DNA of 64,000 bases from Desulfuromusa sp. (GCA_036351455.1 JAZBPC010000077.1:1387-65386); one strand, 5' to 3'; shown: positions 1-8,771, counted from the first letter of the stretch. Notes: generated by a model from the letters alone, not told the origin. Numbers and translations are program-made.

Positions 1-432
1 TCGAAGTTGCTCCAAGAAATTATTGTAATTATTGGCAAGGTCCCGGTATTCATCATGGGTTTTTACCTGAAGCTGGTTGGTGAGATTCATGTCTCCACTG
101 TTCATCTCCGTAAGCTGATTATTTAAATTCCGAACCGGTCGCACGAATAAATAACGTAAGAAAAGAAGTGAGCCAATAACTGCAAAAACTGATAAGACGA
201 AGAGTGTCGTTGCCTGCCACATGGCCCGATCAGCAATATTGTTAATCAGGTCAGCTTCCAGGTTGGTTCCTGACGTGATGAGGGTTCGTAAACTACTGAT
301 ATTATAGTAAATACAGATAAAAAATAATATTTGTAATGAAAACAGAAAGGTAATGTTTCCAATCAACTTACGCGTCAACGTGTTAAAAAAACTTTTTTCT
401 AGACTTGTGTAAATGCTACTGAGAAATAACAT
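1..432 (-). CDS. Probable methyl-accepting chemotaxis protein or HAMP sensor, N-terminal part only (runs off the left end)
   Basis: Translated by hand from ATG at 432: MLFLSSIYTSLEKSFFNTLTRKLIGNITFLFSLQILFFICIYY...TM2...LRYLFVRPVRNLNNQLTEMNSGDMNLTNQLQVKTHDEYRDLANNYNNFLEQLR. Two hydrophobic helices followed by a HAMP-like segment. Absent from the ORF track because no stop falls in the window. Confidence 0.65.
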   Translation of the reverse strand, partial: MLFLSSIYTSLEKSFFNTLTRKLIGNITFLFSLQILFFICIYYNISSLRTLITSGTNLEADLINNIADRAMWQATTLFVLSVFAVIGSLLFLRYLFVRPVRNLNNQLTEMNSGDMNLTNQLQVKTHDEYRDLANNYNNFLEQLR

Positions 433-793
433 GGGTAATCCTTGTGTTTTTTGGCCTCGTTGCCCAAACTACAGAATTGGCTTGTAAATATAACATGGTT
501 CTAAATTTATACCCCATAATAAATATATTTTAAGAATAAAATCAAGATTTTTTTCTTTGGTTTTGTCAAAAAGCAAATAGTCGTTTTAAAAGTTTTGAAT
601 ATTTAGAATACTACGAATATATGTGTACTGGTTCTTGGGAATTATGAAAGGTCTACCAATCTTGAGCAGATTATTCTGTCAGTCGGGGTACACTCACTAT
701 TATGAAAGCGTGTTTAGAAGGTGGGCGGTAAGAGCCCATATTTAGAGGAATTTTTGCTATGCAAGATCGGAAATTTTAAACCGCTGGTTGACA

Positions 794-1177
794 TTATTTC
801 TTGTTTTTCATTTTTTGTGCCAGAGCAGCAAAGGGAGAGTGGGAAAGTTTCTCGCTTTCCTGCGGTTCATCGGGATCTCCTTCCATTCGTGCTTCCTGTA
901 TCCCTCGAGTATGTTCATGGTCGTGGCAATAGATGCAAAGTAGTTCCCAATTACTCCCATCCTGAGGGTTGTTGTCGTGGTTGTGGTCTATATGGTGAAC
1001 TGTTAACTCACGTATTTTTTTCCCTTCAAAGTCTCGACCACAACGACCACAGACATGGGGAAACAGTTTCAAAGCCCGCTCTCGATATCCTGCCTGACGC
1101 TGCTGTTCTTCCTGACGCATTTCAGCAACGAGCTGATTACGTTTTGTTTCACTTAATTTGATCTTGTTACTGGTCAT
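794..1177 (-). CDS. yajD: YajD-family HNH nuclease
   Basis: GYRERALKLFPHVCGRCGR, LTVHHIDHNHDNNPQDGSNWELLCIYCHDHEH: HNH motif with CxxC zinc pairs, typical of YajD. Confidence 0.85.
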   Translation of the reverse strand: MTSNKIKLSETKRNQLVAEMRQEEQQRQAGYRERALKLFPHVCGRCGRDFEGKKIRELTVHHIDHNHDNNPQDGSNWELLCIYCHDHEHTRGIQEARMEGDPDEPQESEKLSHSPFAALAQKMKNKK

Positions 1178-1287
1178 GATTTAGCTCCTTTTATGATATT
1201 TTACGGTATCTTCTTTACAGTTGTCATGTTTTTGTTAAAGTTAACCTACCTGATTTCATAAAAAAATAAATGAATAGGAGCAAAAAT

Positions 1288-1776
1288 ATGAATGTTTTTG
1301 ATTATGCTTTAAAAATGGAACTTGATGGTAAAGCTTTCTATGAAAAATTGGCGAAGGAAACAGAATCTGAGGGGCTGCGGAAAATATTTAACGAATTAGC
1401 AGAAGATGAACAAAAGCACTATGATATTTTCTCTCAGCTTAAAGAAAATAAGAACATAAAATCAATGCCTGATAGTGTTGCCCTTGAGGGTGCAAAAAAT
1501 GTTTTTACTGAAATGCAGAAAGATGTGTCCTCGCAGAAGTTACTGAAGACAAACCTTGATGCTTACCAGCAAGCAATGAACGCTGAAAAAGAAAGTGCTA
1601 AGCTATATCGTGACGCTGCTGCAAAAGAAGAAAATACCGAAGTTAAAGCATTGCTTCTTAAGATTTCCATAGAAGAAGAGAAACACCTTAACATTCTGGA
1701 AAATATTTTTGATTTTGTAAATGCACCGACACAGTTACTGGTTTGGGGGGAGTTCAGCAATCTTAAAGAATATTAG
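1288..1776 (+). CDS. Ferritin-like/rubrerythrin family protein
   Basis: Duplicated E-x(29-32)-EE-x2-H diiron motifs (ELDGKAFY...AEDEQKH; EKESAKLY...EEEKH). Start moved from 1270 to ATG 1288, which follows AGGAG. Confidence 0.85.
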   Translation: MNVFDYALKMELDGKAFYEKLAKETESEGLRKIFNELAEDEQKHYDIFSQLKENKNIKSMPDSVALEGAKNVFTEMQKDVSSQKLLKTNLDAYQQAMNAEKESAKLYRDAAAKEENTEVKALLLKISIEEEKHLNILENIFDFVNAPTQLLVWGEFSNLKEY

Positions 1777-1810
1777 CAGGTCGTAGCTGCCTGCAGCGAT
1801 TCTGGAGTCA

Positions 1811-1850
1811 GAAAAAGCCCCGACTATCTTACTAAATAGTCGGGGCTCTT
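1811..1850. terminator. Rho-independent terminator between convergent genes
   Basis: AGCCCCGACTAT / ATAGTCGGGGCT inverted repeat with an A-run on the left and TCTT on the right. Confidence 0.75.
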
Positions 1851-1872
1851 ATTATCAATATGCAACGTTATA

Positions 1873-3408
1873 TTAATGGCTGTGTGTAAAACAATCAAAC
1901 CATGAACCCTCTTTTGCATAGTTTTCAGTGAAATTCGTGGAATTCTTTGTCGTAAAACCACCCATCAATAATGAAATTTCCTGGTAAATATTTTTTAAAC
2001 AGTCTTCTATCAATGATTTATTAAAGCCTGTGATGGCTAATTTTAAGACCATATTCATCGCGACGACCCGACTGATAATGCTGCCTAGTTCGGTCAGTTT
2101 ACGCTGTGATAGTTGTTGTTCAAGGTTGAAATCAAATATTTTTTTGAGTCGATCGGCTGCATGTTTGGTTAAATCATGTTGGCTTAGAAACTGATACAGG
2201 TTTTGTTGTTTTGATCTTTGCATCTGTTTCTGTATGGCTTCGGCAATCTGAATATACAAGATGTCATTTGAGCCTTCAAAAATTTGGAATGGGCGACTAT
2301 CGACTATGGCGCGTCCAGCAATATGATTCAATCGGTATCCCTTGGCTCCAACAAGTTGCAACAGCGATTGGGCTGAATTCTGCATGAGATCGGTGACATA
2401 GGTCTTGACCGAATTAGCTTCAAGGCCGTGTGGTGCCAGATTATTTTCAACACCAGCCTTTTGACTGCTGTTAAAACACATGGCGGAACAAATTGTGTAA
2501 GCTGATTGCAAGCGGGAGATCCGTTGTTGCACCTGGTCGTAAGTAAAGAGGCTTTTGCCCCCCACGTAGCGTTGTTTGCAATGTTGTACCGCTTCATCCA
2601 ACATCCGCTGCAAAAAGCCCATCCCCATACCAGGAAATTGCATCCGGCTACGGTGCAGGAGGTCCAGCATCATTTTGATACCCGTGCTTTCCGGCTGTAA
2701 TTTATGGACTGCGGGGACCTTAACATCAATTCGATTACGTCCATAAGGGAGAAGATAAATACCAAGGTTTTCGTAGAATTCTTCAACTTCAATATTTTGT
2801 TCCGGACCATTGGCATCGCATATAAAAAAGTCGATGTCACGCTTTAACTCCCCATCAGAATTTTTATGTCTGGCGGTGAGTAACCAATAGTCGGCCCAAC
2901 CCGTTAAGCCTGCCCAATGCTTGGTTCCCTGGATGTGATATTTCCCATTTTCATGGGTATACGAGCTCTTCATATGCAGGGCGTCACTCCCATAATCTGG
3001 CTCGGTAATCATTAATCCTCCCATTTTTCTGTTTCTGAGAAAGTCATCAAAAATTACCGGTTTAATCTCATCTTGGCCGTACTTGCCGGTCGGTTGCAGA
3101 AATAGGGCCCAATTGATCCCGAATCCCAGGGATAGAGGGAGGGATTCATAACTGGCTGCAGCGGCAAGAGCAAGACCTTCGTGGATATGGCCACCACGCC
3201 CACCATATTGCTCCGGAATATAGGTCGCAAGCGGATTGCTAGACATGATTTCACGAAGAATAAATGGCGGCATGCCACGTTTAATACTCAACTGATTAAT
3301 ATCACTACGGACATAAAAAAGATGTTTGAGTTGCGTCTTGAATTCTTCAATGAATTGAGCGAAAGGCTTGTCGTTGTATCTTGTCGCGGGTGCGTTATGG
3401 TCGGTCAT
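1873..3408 (-). CDS. Acyl-CoA dehydrogenase family protein
   Basis: GGLMITEPDYGSDA, IQGTKHW and GAKGY...IFEGSNDIL ACAD motifs. Confidence 0.85.
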   Translation of the reverse strand: MTDHNAPATRYNDKPFAQFIEEFKTQLKHLFYVRSDINQLSIKRGMPPFILREIMSSNPLATYIPEQYGGRGGHIHEGLALAAAASYESLPLSLGFGINWALFLQPTGKYGQDEIKPVIFDDFLRNRKMGGLMITEPDYGSDALHMKSSYTHENGKYHIQGTKHWAGLTGWADYWLLTARHKNSDGELKRDIDFFICDANGPEQNIEVEEFYENLGIYLLPYGRNRIDVKVPAVHKLQPESTGIKMMLDLLHRSRMQFPGMGMGFLQRMLDEAVQHCKQRYVGGKSLFTYDQVQQRISRLQSAYTICSAMCFNSSQKAGVENNLAPHGLEANSVKTYVTDLMQNSAQSLLQLVGAKGYRLNHIAGRAIVDSRPFQIFEGSNDILYIQIAEAIQKQMQRSKQQNLYQFLSQHDLTKHAADRLKKIFDFNLEQQLSQRKLTELGSIISRVVAMNMVLKLAITGFNKSLIEDCLKNIYQEISLLMGGFTTKNSTNFTENYAKEGSWFDCFTHSH

Positions 3409-3503
3409 GGTGGGGCTCCCAGTAACGGATTTAAGGAAATAGTCATTACAAAAAAGTTACTGTAATCAATATAGCAGTTTTTACCGTGCTGTGCGCATCG
3501 GGC

Positions 3504-3539
3504 ACAAAAAAGCCCCGATAAATATCGAGGCTTTTTTGT
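3504..3539. terminator. Bidirectional intrinsic terminator
   Basis: ACAAAAAAGCCCCGAT-AAAT-ATCGAGGCTTTTTTGT hairpin with A and T tracts on both sides. Confidence 0.75.
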
Positions 3540-3701
3540 CCATATTGATAGAGTTAACTAAAAAATAAGGTTATATGTTCTCAAATCATTAACTGTTACA
3601 TGCTGTGGTGGTTCAGAAGCAATCATATCTCACTCCCTCTGTAAGTTGTTAACTAAAGAATACCACCCTTAATCTCTTGGTGCAAGAGGTTGGGTTGAAT
3701 T

Positions 3702-5174
3702 TTAAGCGATGGCTTTCATCCCTTGCATAGCATCCCGTAAAACTTCGCCAACTTCTTCAACCAGGTGGTTACGAATTTCGGCATTGATTTCTACCAGTTC
3801 CTGATTGTTGACTTGATTATCTTTGTTGTTTAGCCCTTTGCCAATAACATCCGTCTCGATAGAGGACATGAAATCTTTCAAAAGTGGGACACAGGCATGG
3901 GCAAATAGATAGCAACCATATTCTGCTGTGTCGGAGATGATACGGTTCATTTCATAAAGCTTTTTGCGGGCAATGGTGTTGGCAATCAATGGTGTCTCAT
4001 GGAGTGATTCGTAATAGGCTGACTCCGGTTCTATTCCTGAAATCACCATGGTTTCAAAAGCGAGTTCAACACCAGCTTTTACCATAGCAACCATCAGAAT
4101 TCCTTTGTCAAAATACTCCTGTTCAGAAATCTCGCCAGCACCTTCAGTTTTTTCAAAGGCGGTCTGCCCGGTTTCTTCACGCCATTTCAGGAGATTTTTA
4201 TCGTCATTCGCCCAATCTTCCATCATGGTCTTAGAAAACTCACCAGAAAGAATATCATCCATGTGCTTTTCAAATAGCGGACGCATGATCTCTTTGAGTT
4301 CTTCAGCCAGATCAAAAGCTTCCATTTTTGCCGGGTTGGAGAGGCGATCAAGCATATTGGTGATTCCACCATGCTTGAGAGCTTCGGTAATGGTTTCCCA
4401 CCCTTGTTGGATCAGTTTAACCGCCCAGGCGGCATCAATTCCATCTTCTACCATTTTATCAAAGCAAAGCAGTGAACCTGCCTGCAACATTCCACAGAGG
4501 ATTGTCTGCTCACCCATCAGGTCAGATTTGACTTCTGCGACGAATGATGATTCCAGTACTCCGGCACGATCACCGCCTTGAGCAGAGCAGAGTGCTTTGG
4601 CAATTTCCAGACCATCGCCATTGGGGTTGTTTTCGCCATGGACAGCTATCAGGGTCGGGACACCAAATCCACGTTTGTATTCTTCACGGACTTCAGTGCC
4701 AGGACATTTTGGGGCAACCATGATGACTGTCAGATCTTCGCGGATCTCAGTCCCTTCTTCAACAATGTTAAATCCATGAGCATAGGAAAAGGTTGCTCCT
4801 TGACGCATCAATGGGACAACGGTGTTGACAACATCCGTGTGCTGCTTGTCAGGAGCCAGGTTCATGACAATATCAGCAGTTGGGAGCATCTCTTCGTAAC
4901 TGCCGACTTTGAAACCATTCTCTGAAGCATTGATGAAGGACTGACGTTTTTCCGCAATAGCATCTTTGCGCAGGGTGTAAGAAACATCCAGACCACTGTC
5001 ACGCATGTTCAGACCTTGGTTCAGTCCTTGGGCTCCACAACCAACGATGACAATTTTCTTCCCTTTTACGTATTCGCAACCGGAAGAAAATTCGTTAGCA
5101 TCCATAAAACGGCAGGTGCCGAGTTCCTGCAATTTGCGGCTGAAGGGAAGTGAATTGAAATAATTCTGGCTCAT
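3702..5174 (-). CDS. ilvC: Ketol-acid reductoisomerase, long (class II) form
   Basis: NYFNSLPF...[39 protein letters not shown]; 490 aa with a duplicated C-terminal domain, like E. coli IlvC. ATG at 5174 after an AGGAG RBS. Confidence 0.95.
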   Translation of the reverse strand: MSQNYFNSLPFSRKLQELGTCRFMDANEFSSGCEYVKGKKIVIVGCGAQGLNQGLNMRDSGLDVSYTLRKDAIAEKRQSFINASENGFKVGSYEEMLPTADIVMNLAPDKQHTDVVNTVVPLMRQGATFSYAHGFNIVEEGTEIREDLTVIMVAPKCPGTEVREEYKRGFGVPTLIAVHGENNPNGDGLEIAKALCSAQGGDRAGVLESSFVAEVKSDLMGEQTILCGMLQAGSLLCFDKMVEDGIDAAWAVKLIQQGWETITEALKHGGITNMLDRLSNPAKMEAFDLAEELKEIMRPLFEKHMDDILSGEFSKTMMEDWANDDKNLLKWREETGQTAFEKTEGAGEISEQEYFDKGILMVAMVKAGVELAFETMVISGIEPESAYYESLHETPLIANTIARKKLYEMNRIISDTAEYGCYLFAHACVPLLKDFMSSIETDVIGKGLNNKDNQVNNQELVEINAEIRNHLVEEVGEVLRDAMQGMKAIA

Positions 5175-5254
5175 CAAATTTCTCCTTATTTAAGTGGGTG
5201 TTTTAAACAAAATAATATTTACATTAGCAATATAGCACAAACTACCCTAGACAA

Positions 5255-5306
5255 TAGTGTTGCGTAAATTGATTTATTGTATATATTGTGTTGCGTGAAA
5301 TGAAAC
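5255..5306. promoter_or_regulatory. Candidate tandem IlvY operators in the divergent ilvC/ilvY promoter region
   Basis: TTGCGTAAATTGAT (5260-5273) and TTGCGTGAAATGAAA (5291-5305), both preceded by GTG(T), 31 bp apart; LysR-type T-N11-A boxes. Confidence 0.55.
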
Positions 5307-5324
5307 ATTGTGCGGGAGGTGCGT

Positions 5325-6209
5325 ATGGATATTCAGGAACTCAAAATATTTTTGACAACAGCCGATCTACTTCATTTTGGTCGCGCCAGTCAAGCCTGCA
5401 ATTTAAGCCCATCAGCATTAACTCGGACCATTCAAAGGTTAGAGGAGCAGTTAGGCCAAGTTTTGTTTGAGCGGGATAACCGTACTGTACGCTTATCGTA
5501 TGCTGGGAAACAATTTTACCATTATGCCAGGAAAGCTTTGCATGATTATATCAGTTTTCAAAGTTCGCTTACGTCTCCTCGAGAAATAGCAGGGACTCTC
5601 TCACTTTATGCATCGATTACTGCTGTCTACAGTCTGCTCCCTGATCTCCTGGAGGCTTTTCGTAAGGCATATCCGGATGTTCACCTGGAGTTACGGACTG
5701 GCGCTGCAGAAAAAGCGGTGATTCAGGTGGAGTCAGGAGAAATTGATATTGCAGTTGCCGCGCTACCTGATCGTCGCAACGTAGGGGTTGAATTTCTCCC
5801 TATTATGACGACACCACTGATTTTTATAGCCGGAAAATCTCTTGCGAACTCGATAGTTGAAAGAGGCGATGGCACTCTTGATTTAAATCAGCTTCCGCTG
5901 GTACTGCCTCAATCCGGGTTATCCCGGCGGCGACTGGATAAGTGGTTAAAGAAAAATCGAATTGTCCCTAATGTTAGTTCAGAAGTGTCGGGAAATGAAG
6001 CTATCATTCCTATGGTACATCTGGGTTGCGGAGTTGGGATTGTTCCACAGTTGGTGCTTGAGCGCAGTCCCTTCCGAACTGATGTTGTTGTCTTGAAGCA
6101 GGCTCCACAGCTGGAACCGTATATCGTCGGGCTGTGTTCAACAAAAAGAAATTTGCAAAAAGCGGTTGTAAAAGCACTATGGCAACTTGCTGAAAATCAA
6201 CCTGTTTGA
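5325..6209 (+). CDS. ilvY: LysR-family activator IlvY
   Basis: LHFGRASQACNLSPSALTRTIQRLEEQLG LysR HTH, and SLYASITAVYSLLP similar to IlvY. Divergent from long-form ilvC. ATG 5325 follows GGAGGT. Confidence 0.9.
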   Translation: MDIQELKIFLTTADLLHFGRASQACNLSPSALTRTIQRLEEQLGQVLFERDNRTVRLSYAGKQFYHYARKALHDYISFQSSLTSPREIAGTLSLYASITAVYSLLPDLLEAFRKAYPDVHLELRTGAAEKAVIQVESGEIDIAVAALPDRRNVGVEFLPIMTTPLIFIAGKSLANSIVERGDGTLDLNQLPLVLPQSGLSRRRLDKWLKKNRIVPNVSSEVSGNEAIIPMVHLGCGVGIVPQLVLERSPFRTDVVVLKQAPQLEPYIVGLCSTKRNLQKAVVKALWQLAENQPV

Positions 6210-6231
6210 AGTCTCATCTATCCCAAATTTA

Positions 6232-6453
6232 TCAATTTGATCTTAGGATGTCCAAAATTCTTTGTTCAGTTGGGAACTCTCCCGTCTTTTTTTTCGAATA
6301 GACCAGTTTTTCATCAACAACAATCTCAAATACTCCGCCACTGGAAGGAATCTGTTCAGCCGTAACCTGAAACTGCTGTTGTATTTTTTCTGCCAGACTG
6401 GCAGCACGTGGGCGGTAGCCTCAACTATTACAATATTCAATACTAATTTTCAT
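6232..6453 (-). CDS. SelW/SelT/SelH (Rdx) family selenoprotein, 73 aa, CxxU motif
   Basis: Translated by hand: MKISIEYCNS(U)GYRPRAASLAEKIQQQFQVTAEQIPSSGGVFEIVVDEKLVYSKKKTGEFPTEQRILDILRSN*. In-frame TGA at codon 11 (6423-6421). The Rdx motifs I.IEYC..U and GG.FEI..D..L.YSKK..G.FP flank the TGA. AAGGA RBS upstream. Confidence 0.9.
6390..6404 (-). promoter_or_regulatory. Candidate bacterial SECIS hairpin
   Basis: On the minus strand CUGCC-AGUCU-GGCAG begins 16 nt after the UGA and resembles the apical hairpin of the E. coli fdhF SECIS (UGCAGGUCUGCA). Confidence 0.65.
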
Positions 6454-6474
6454 CTAGTTGTCCTTATCAGGGTT

Positions 6475-7146
6475 TTAGCCAAAGAGATTTCCCGTTCTAC
6501 CAATCTGATGAGTTCGTGAATCTTCGGCCTCTTTTTGCAAGAGATCAAAAGCAATGTCTTTATTCATCTTGCCAATTTTTTTTATCAGATCAAATGGAAT
6601 ATGTTCAAAATCGAACTGTGATTTTAAATCATCGATAATCTTAACCAAGAGCTGCGCAGCCATTTCTGCATCAGCCAGCGCCCGATGGAATTGGCTGTTT
6701 ACAGGTATCTCTTTGTAGCGCACCAGAGTTTCAAGCTTGTAGTTGATGACATCAGGATAAAGTCTGCGTGCAACTTGTAAGGTACAACCAAAATTTAATG
6801 GCCGTTTTTTACCAATATGTTCAAGTTCTGCTTCGAGGAACGACCGATCAAATGAAGCGTTGTGAGCAACCAGAGGGCGGGCGCTGATAAACTTTAGAAA
6901 TTGCCCCATGACTTCTGGTGCAGGGGGGGCTTCATCCAACATGGCATTGGTAATTCCGGTGATGGTTTCTATTTCACGGGTGACGAGGAAGCCCGGATTG
7001 ACGAGGCTCTGAAAGCGGTCAACAATGACCTGATCACGGAGTAACACGGCCCCGATTTCAATAACTTTGTCCCCGTTGGCCGGGTAGAGGCCAGTTGTTT
7101 CAAAATCGAGGACGATGATGGGTTCTGCTTGGTTGAATGATTGCAT
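6475..7146 (-). CDS. DEDDh 3'-5' exonuclease (DNA polymerase III epsilon-like)
   Basis: ExoI LDFETTG, ExoII VAHNASFDRSFL, ExoIII HRALADA. Confidence 0.9.
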   Translation of the reverse strand: MQSFNQAEPIIVLDFETTGLYPANGDKVIEIGAVLLRDQVIVDRFQSLVNPGFLVTREIETITGITNAMLDEAPPAPEVMGQFLKFISARPLVAHNASFDRSFLEAELEHIGKKRPLNFGCTLQVARRLYPDVINYKLETLVRYKEIPVNSQFHRALADAEMAAQLLVKIIDDLKSQFDFEHIPFDLIKKIGKMNKDIAFDLLQKEAEDSRTHQIGRTGNLFG

Positions 7147-7293
7147 AGCTATCCTTTTTTATCAGTGTAGATATTAATTTGCGCTGACAAGGTTGTTGCT
7201 GTCAATATTCAGGTATAATCTTTTTCCTTGTTGTAACCTTTTTCCTTGCGTAGATTGTCTGGATATTGAATCAAAGATAAATTTTTCTAAAAA

Positions 7294-8310
7294 ATGGATT
7301 TATTGATGGCTACAAAGCGTAAGCTTGGGCGTATGCCTAAGAAATATAGTCAGGCAGCCCGGTTACATGATTTGATTCGGATTCTTGAGGCTCGTTATGG
7401 AGCTACCGTGGATGAATTGGTGGAAGAATGTCAGGTGACCAGGCGGACTATTTACCGTGATCTCCAGGCAATCTTGGATGCAGGTTATCCTCTGATCAGT
7501 GAACGACAGGATGATGGGCACGTTCTCTATAGCTTTGTTTCTGGTTTTAGTAAGATCCCACCAATTACTTTTTCACTTGAGGAATTGATGACCCTCTATC
7601 TGTGCCGTGGTCAATTGGCTTTTTTGCATGGAACCCCTTTTCAGGACGATCTTGAGGAAATTTTTGCCCGGATTCGTTCCAGTATGCCACCGCGGAGTGT
7701 GGCCCATCTGGAGCGGATTGCTGAAGCTTCGTCGCCAAGATTTCTTGGTTTTAAAGACTATTCTCAAAAGTATCAACTGCTTCAGGATTTGCGTCAGGCA
7801 TTGTTGTTACAACGCCGCTGCGTGATTCATTACTTACCGGCAAGACGAGAGCAATGCTCTTATCAGATCGACCCGTACACGCTACTATTTTTTAAAAACG
7901 GACTCTATATCGGAGGCTATGCTCATAATCGACAGGCACTGCGGTTATTCGCTGTCGAACGGATAGAAAAAGTAGAATTGCAGCCTGAAAGATTTGAGGT
8001 CCCAGAAGATTATAGGGTTGAGGATCTGACCGGAACAGCTTTTGGTTTGATTGCTGAAGATGAATCGCAGCAACTGGAATTGTTCTTTGATAAAGAAGTT
8101 GCTCATCTTATCCGTGAGCGGGTTTGGCACCCTGATCAGATGATTGAGGAACAAGAAGATGGCGCTCTGGTTATCCGTTTCAGTGCCAGTGGAGATAAGG
8201 AAATTCTTGCCTGGCTCTATTCGTTTATCCCTTTTGTCCGTGTTGTTGGTCCAGAATCGCTGCGAAAGAAATTTGCTGCAGGCCTGAAGGGCGCTTTATC
8301 TTTTCAATAG
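7294..8310 (+). CDS. WYL-domain transcriptional regulator (HTH_11 + WYL + WCX, YafY/PafB-like)
   Basis: N-terminal wHTH ELVEECQVTRRTIYRDL; IDPYTLLFFKNGLYIGGY...RLFAVERI WYL core; C-terminal WHPDQ...WLYSF WCX region. Confidence 0.9.
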   Translation: MDLLMATKRKLGRMPKKYSQAARLHDLIRILEARYGATVDELVEECQVTRRTIYRDLQAILDAGYPLISERQDDGHVLYSFVSGFSKIPPITFSLEELMTLYLCRGQLAFLHGTPFQDDLEEIFARIRSSMPPRSVAHLERIAEASSPRFLGFKDYSQKYQLLQDLRQALLLQRRCVIHYLPARREQCSYQIDPYTLLFFKNGLYIGGYAHNRQALRLFAVERIEKVELQPERFEVPEDYRVEDLTGTAFGLIAEDESQQLELFFDKEVAHLIRERVWHPDQMIEEQEDGALVIRFSASGDKEILAWLYSFIPFVRVVGPESLRKKFAAGLKGALSFQ

Positions 8311-8393
8311 GATAAATAATAGGTGTGACATATTCTGACATATGTTTGTGCAAAGTTAGGTGGTAACTCGATGTCTTTCTAAAGGAGGAAGCA

Positions 8394-8771
8394 ATGATCT
8401 GGTTATCCCCGGCAAATGGTACAAAAGAATGCAGCATCTACTTTGACATCCGTGATATAGATTTGCAATTCTCTGAAGGTAGATCAACGGGCATTGTTCG
8501 CGGACTGGTCGGCAATGGATCCTGTGAGCTCTGGGGGGAGGTTTTTCTGGGGCATAAGGAATTCGCCCAGATTCTCCCGGTATGGACTGAAACAGGAGTG
8601 ATGGAATCTTTTTCCGATGAGGTTGATGAGACGTTGCTCCTGCATGAGATGTTATCGGCTGTGAAAAACATGCTTCTCAGGGTAGGTTCAATAAGAGAGA
8701 ATATTTCATACAATTCGGTGCAAAACTCAGAAGTTTCTGCGCACCCTTTAACTCATCATCTGGCCGCTTAA
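8394..8771 (+). CDS. Hypothetical protein
   Basis: 125-aa ORF with a strong AAGGAGG RBS; no family recognised. Confidence 0.6.
   Translation: MIWLSPANGTKECSIYFDIRDIDLQFSEGRSTGIVRGLVGNGSCELWGEVFLGHKEFAQILPVWTETGVMESFSDEVDETLLLHEMLSAVKNMLLRVGSIRENISYNSVQNSEVSAHPLTHHLAA

Noticed and set aside
721-1161. 146-aa plus-strand ORF, and similar long antisense ORFs (e.g. 4048-4581, 29746-30525, 49746-50270)
   Set aside because: Shadow frames opposite well-supported genes (yajD, ilvC, eno, leuC), with no recognisable motifs.
6243-6440. 65-aa minus-strand ORF in the ORF track (MNIVIVEATAH...)
   Set aside because: Wrong frame. The overlapping UGA-containing frame gives a coherent Rdx/SelW protein with an RBS.
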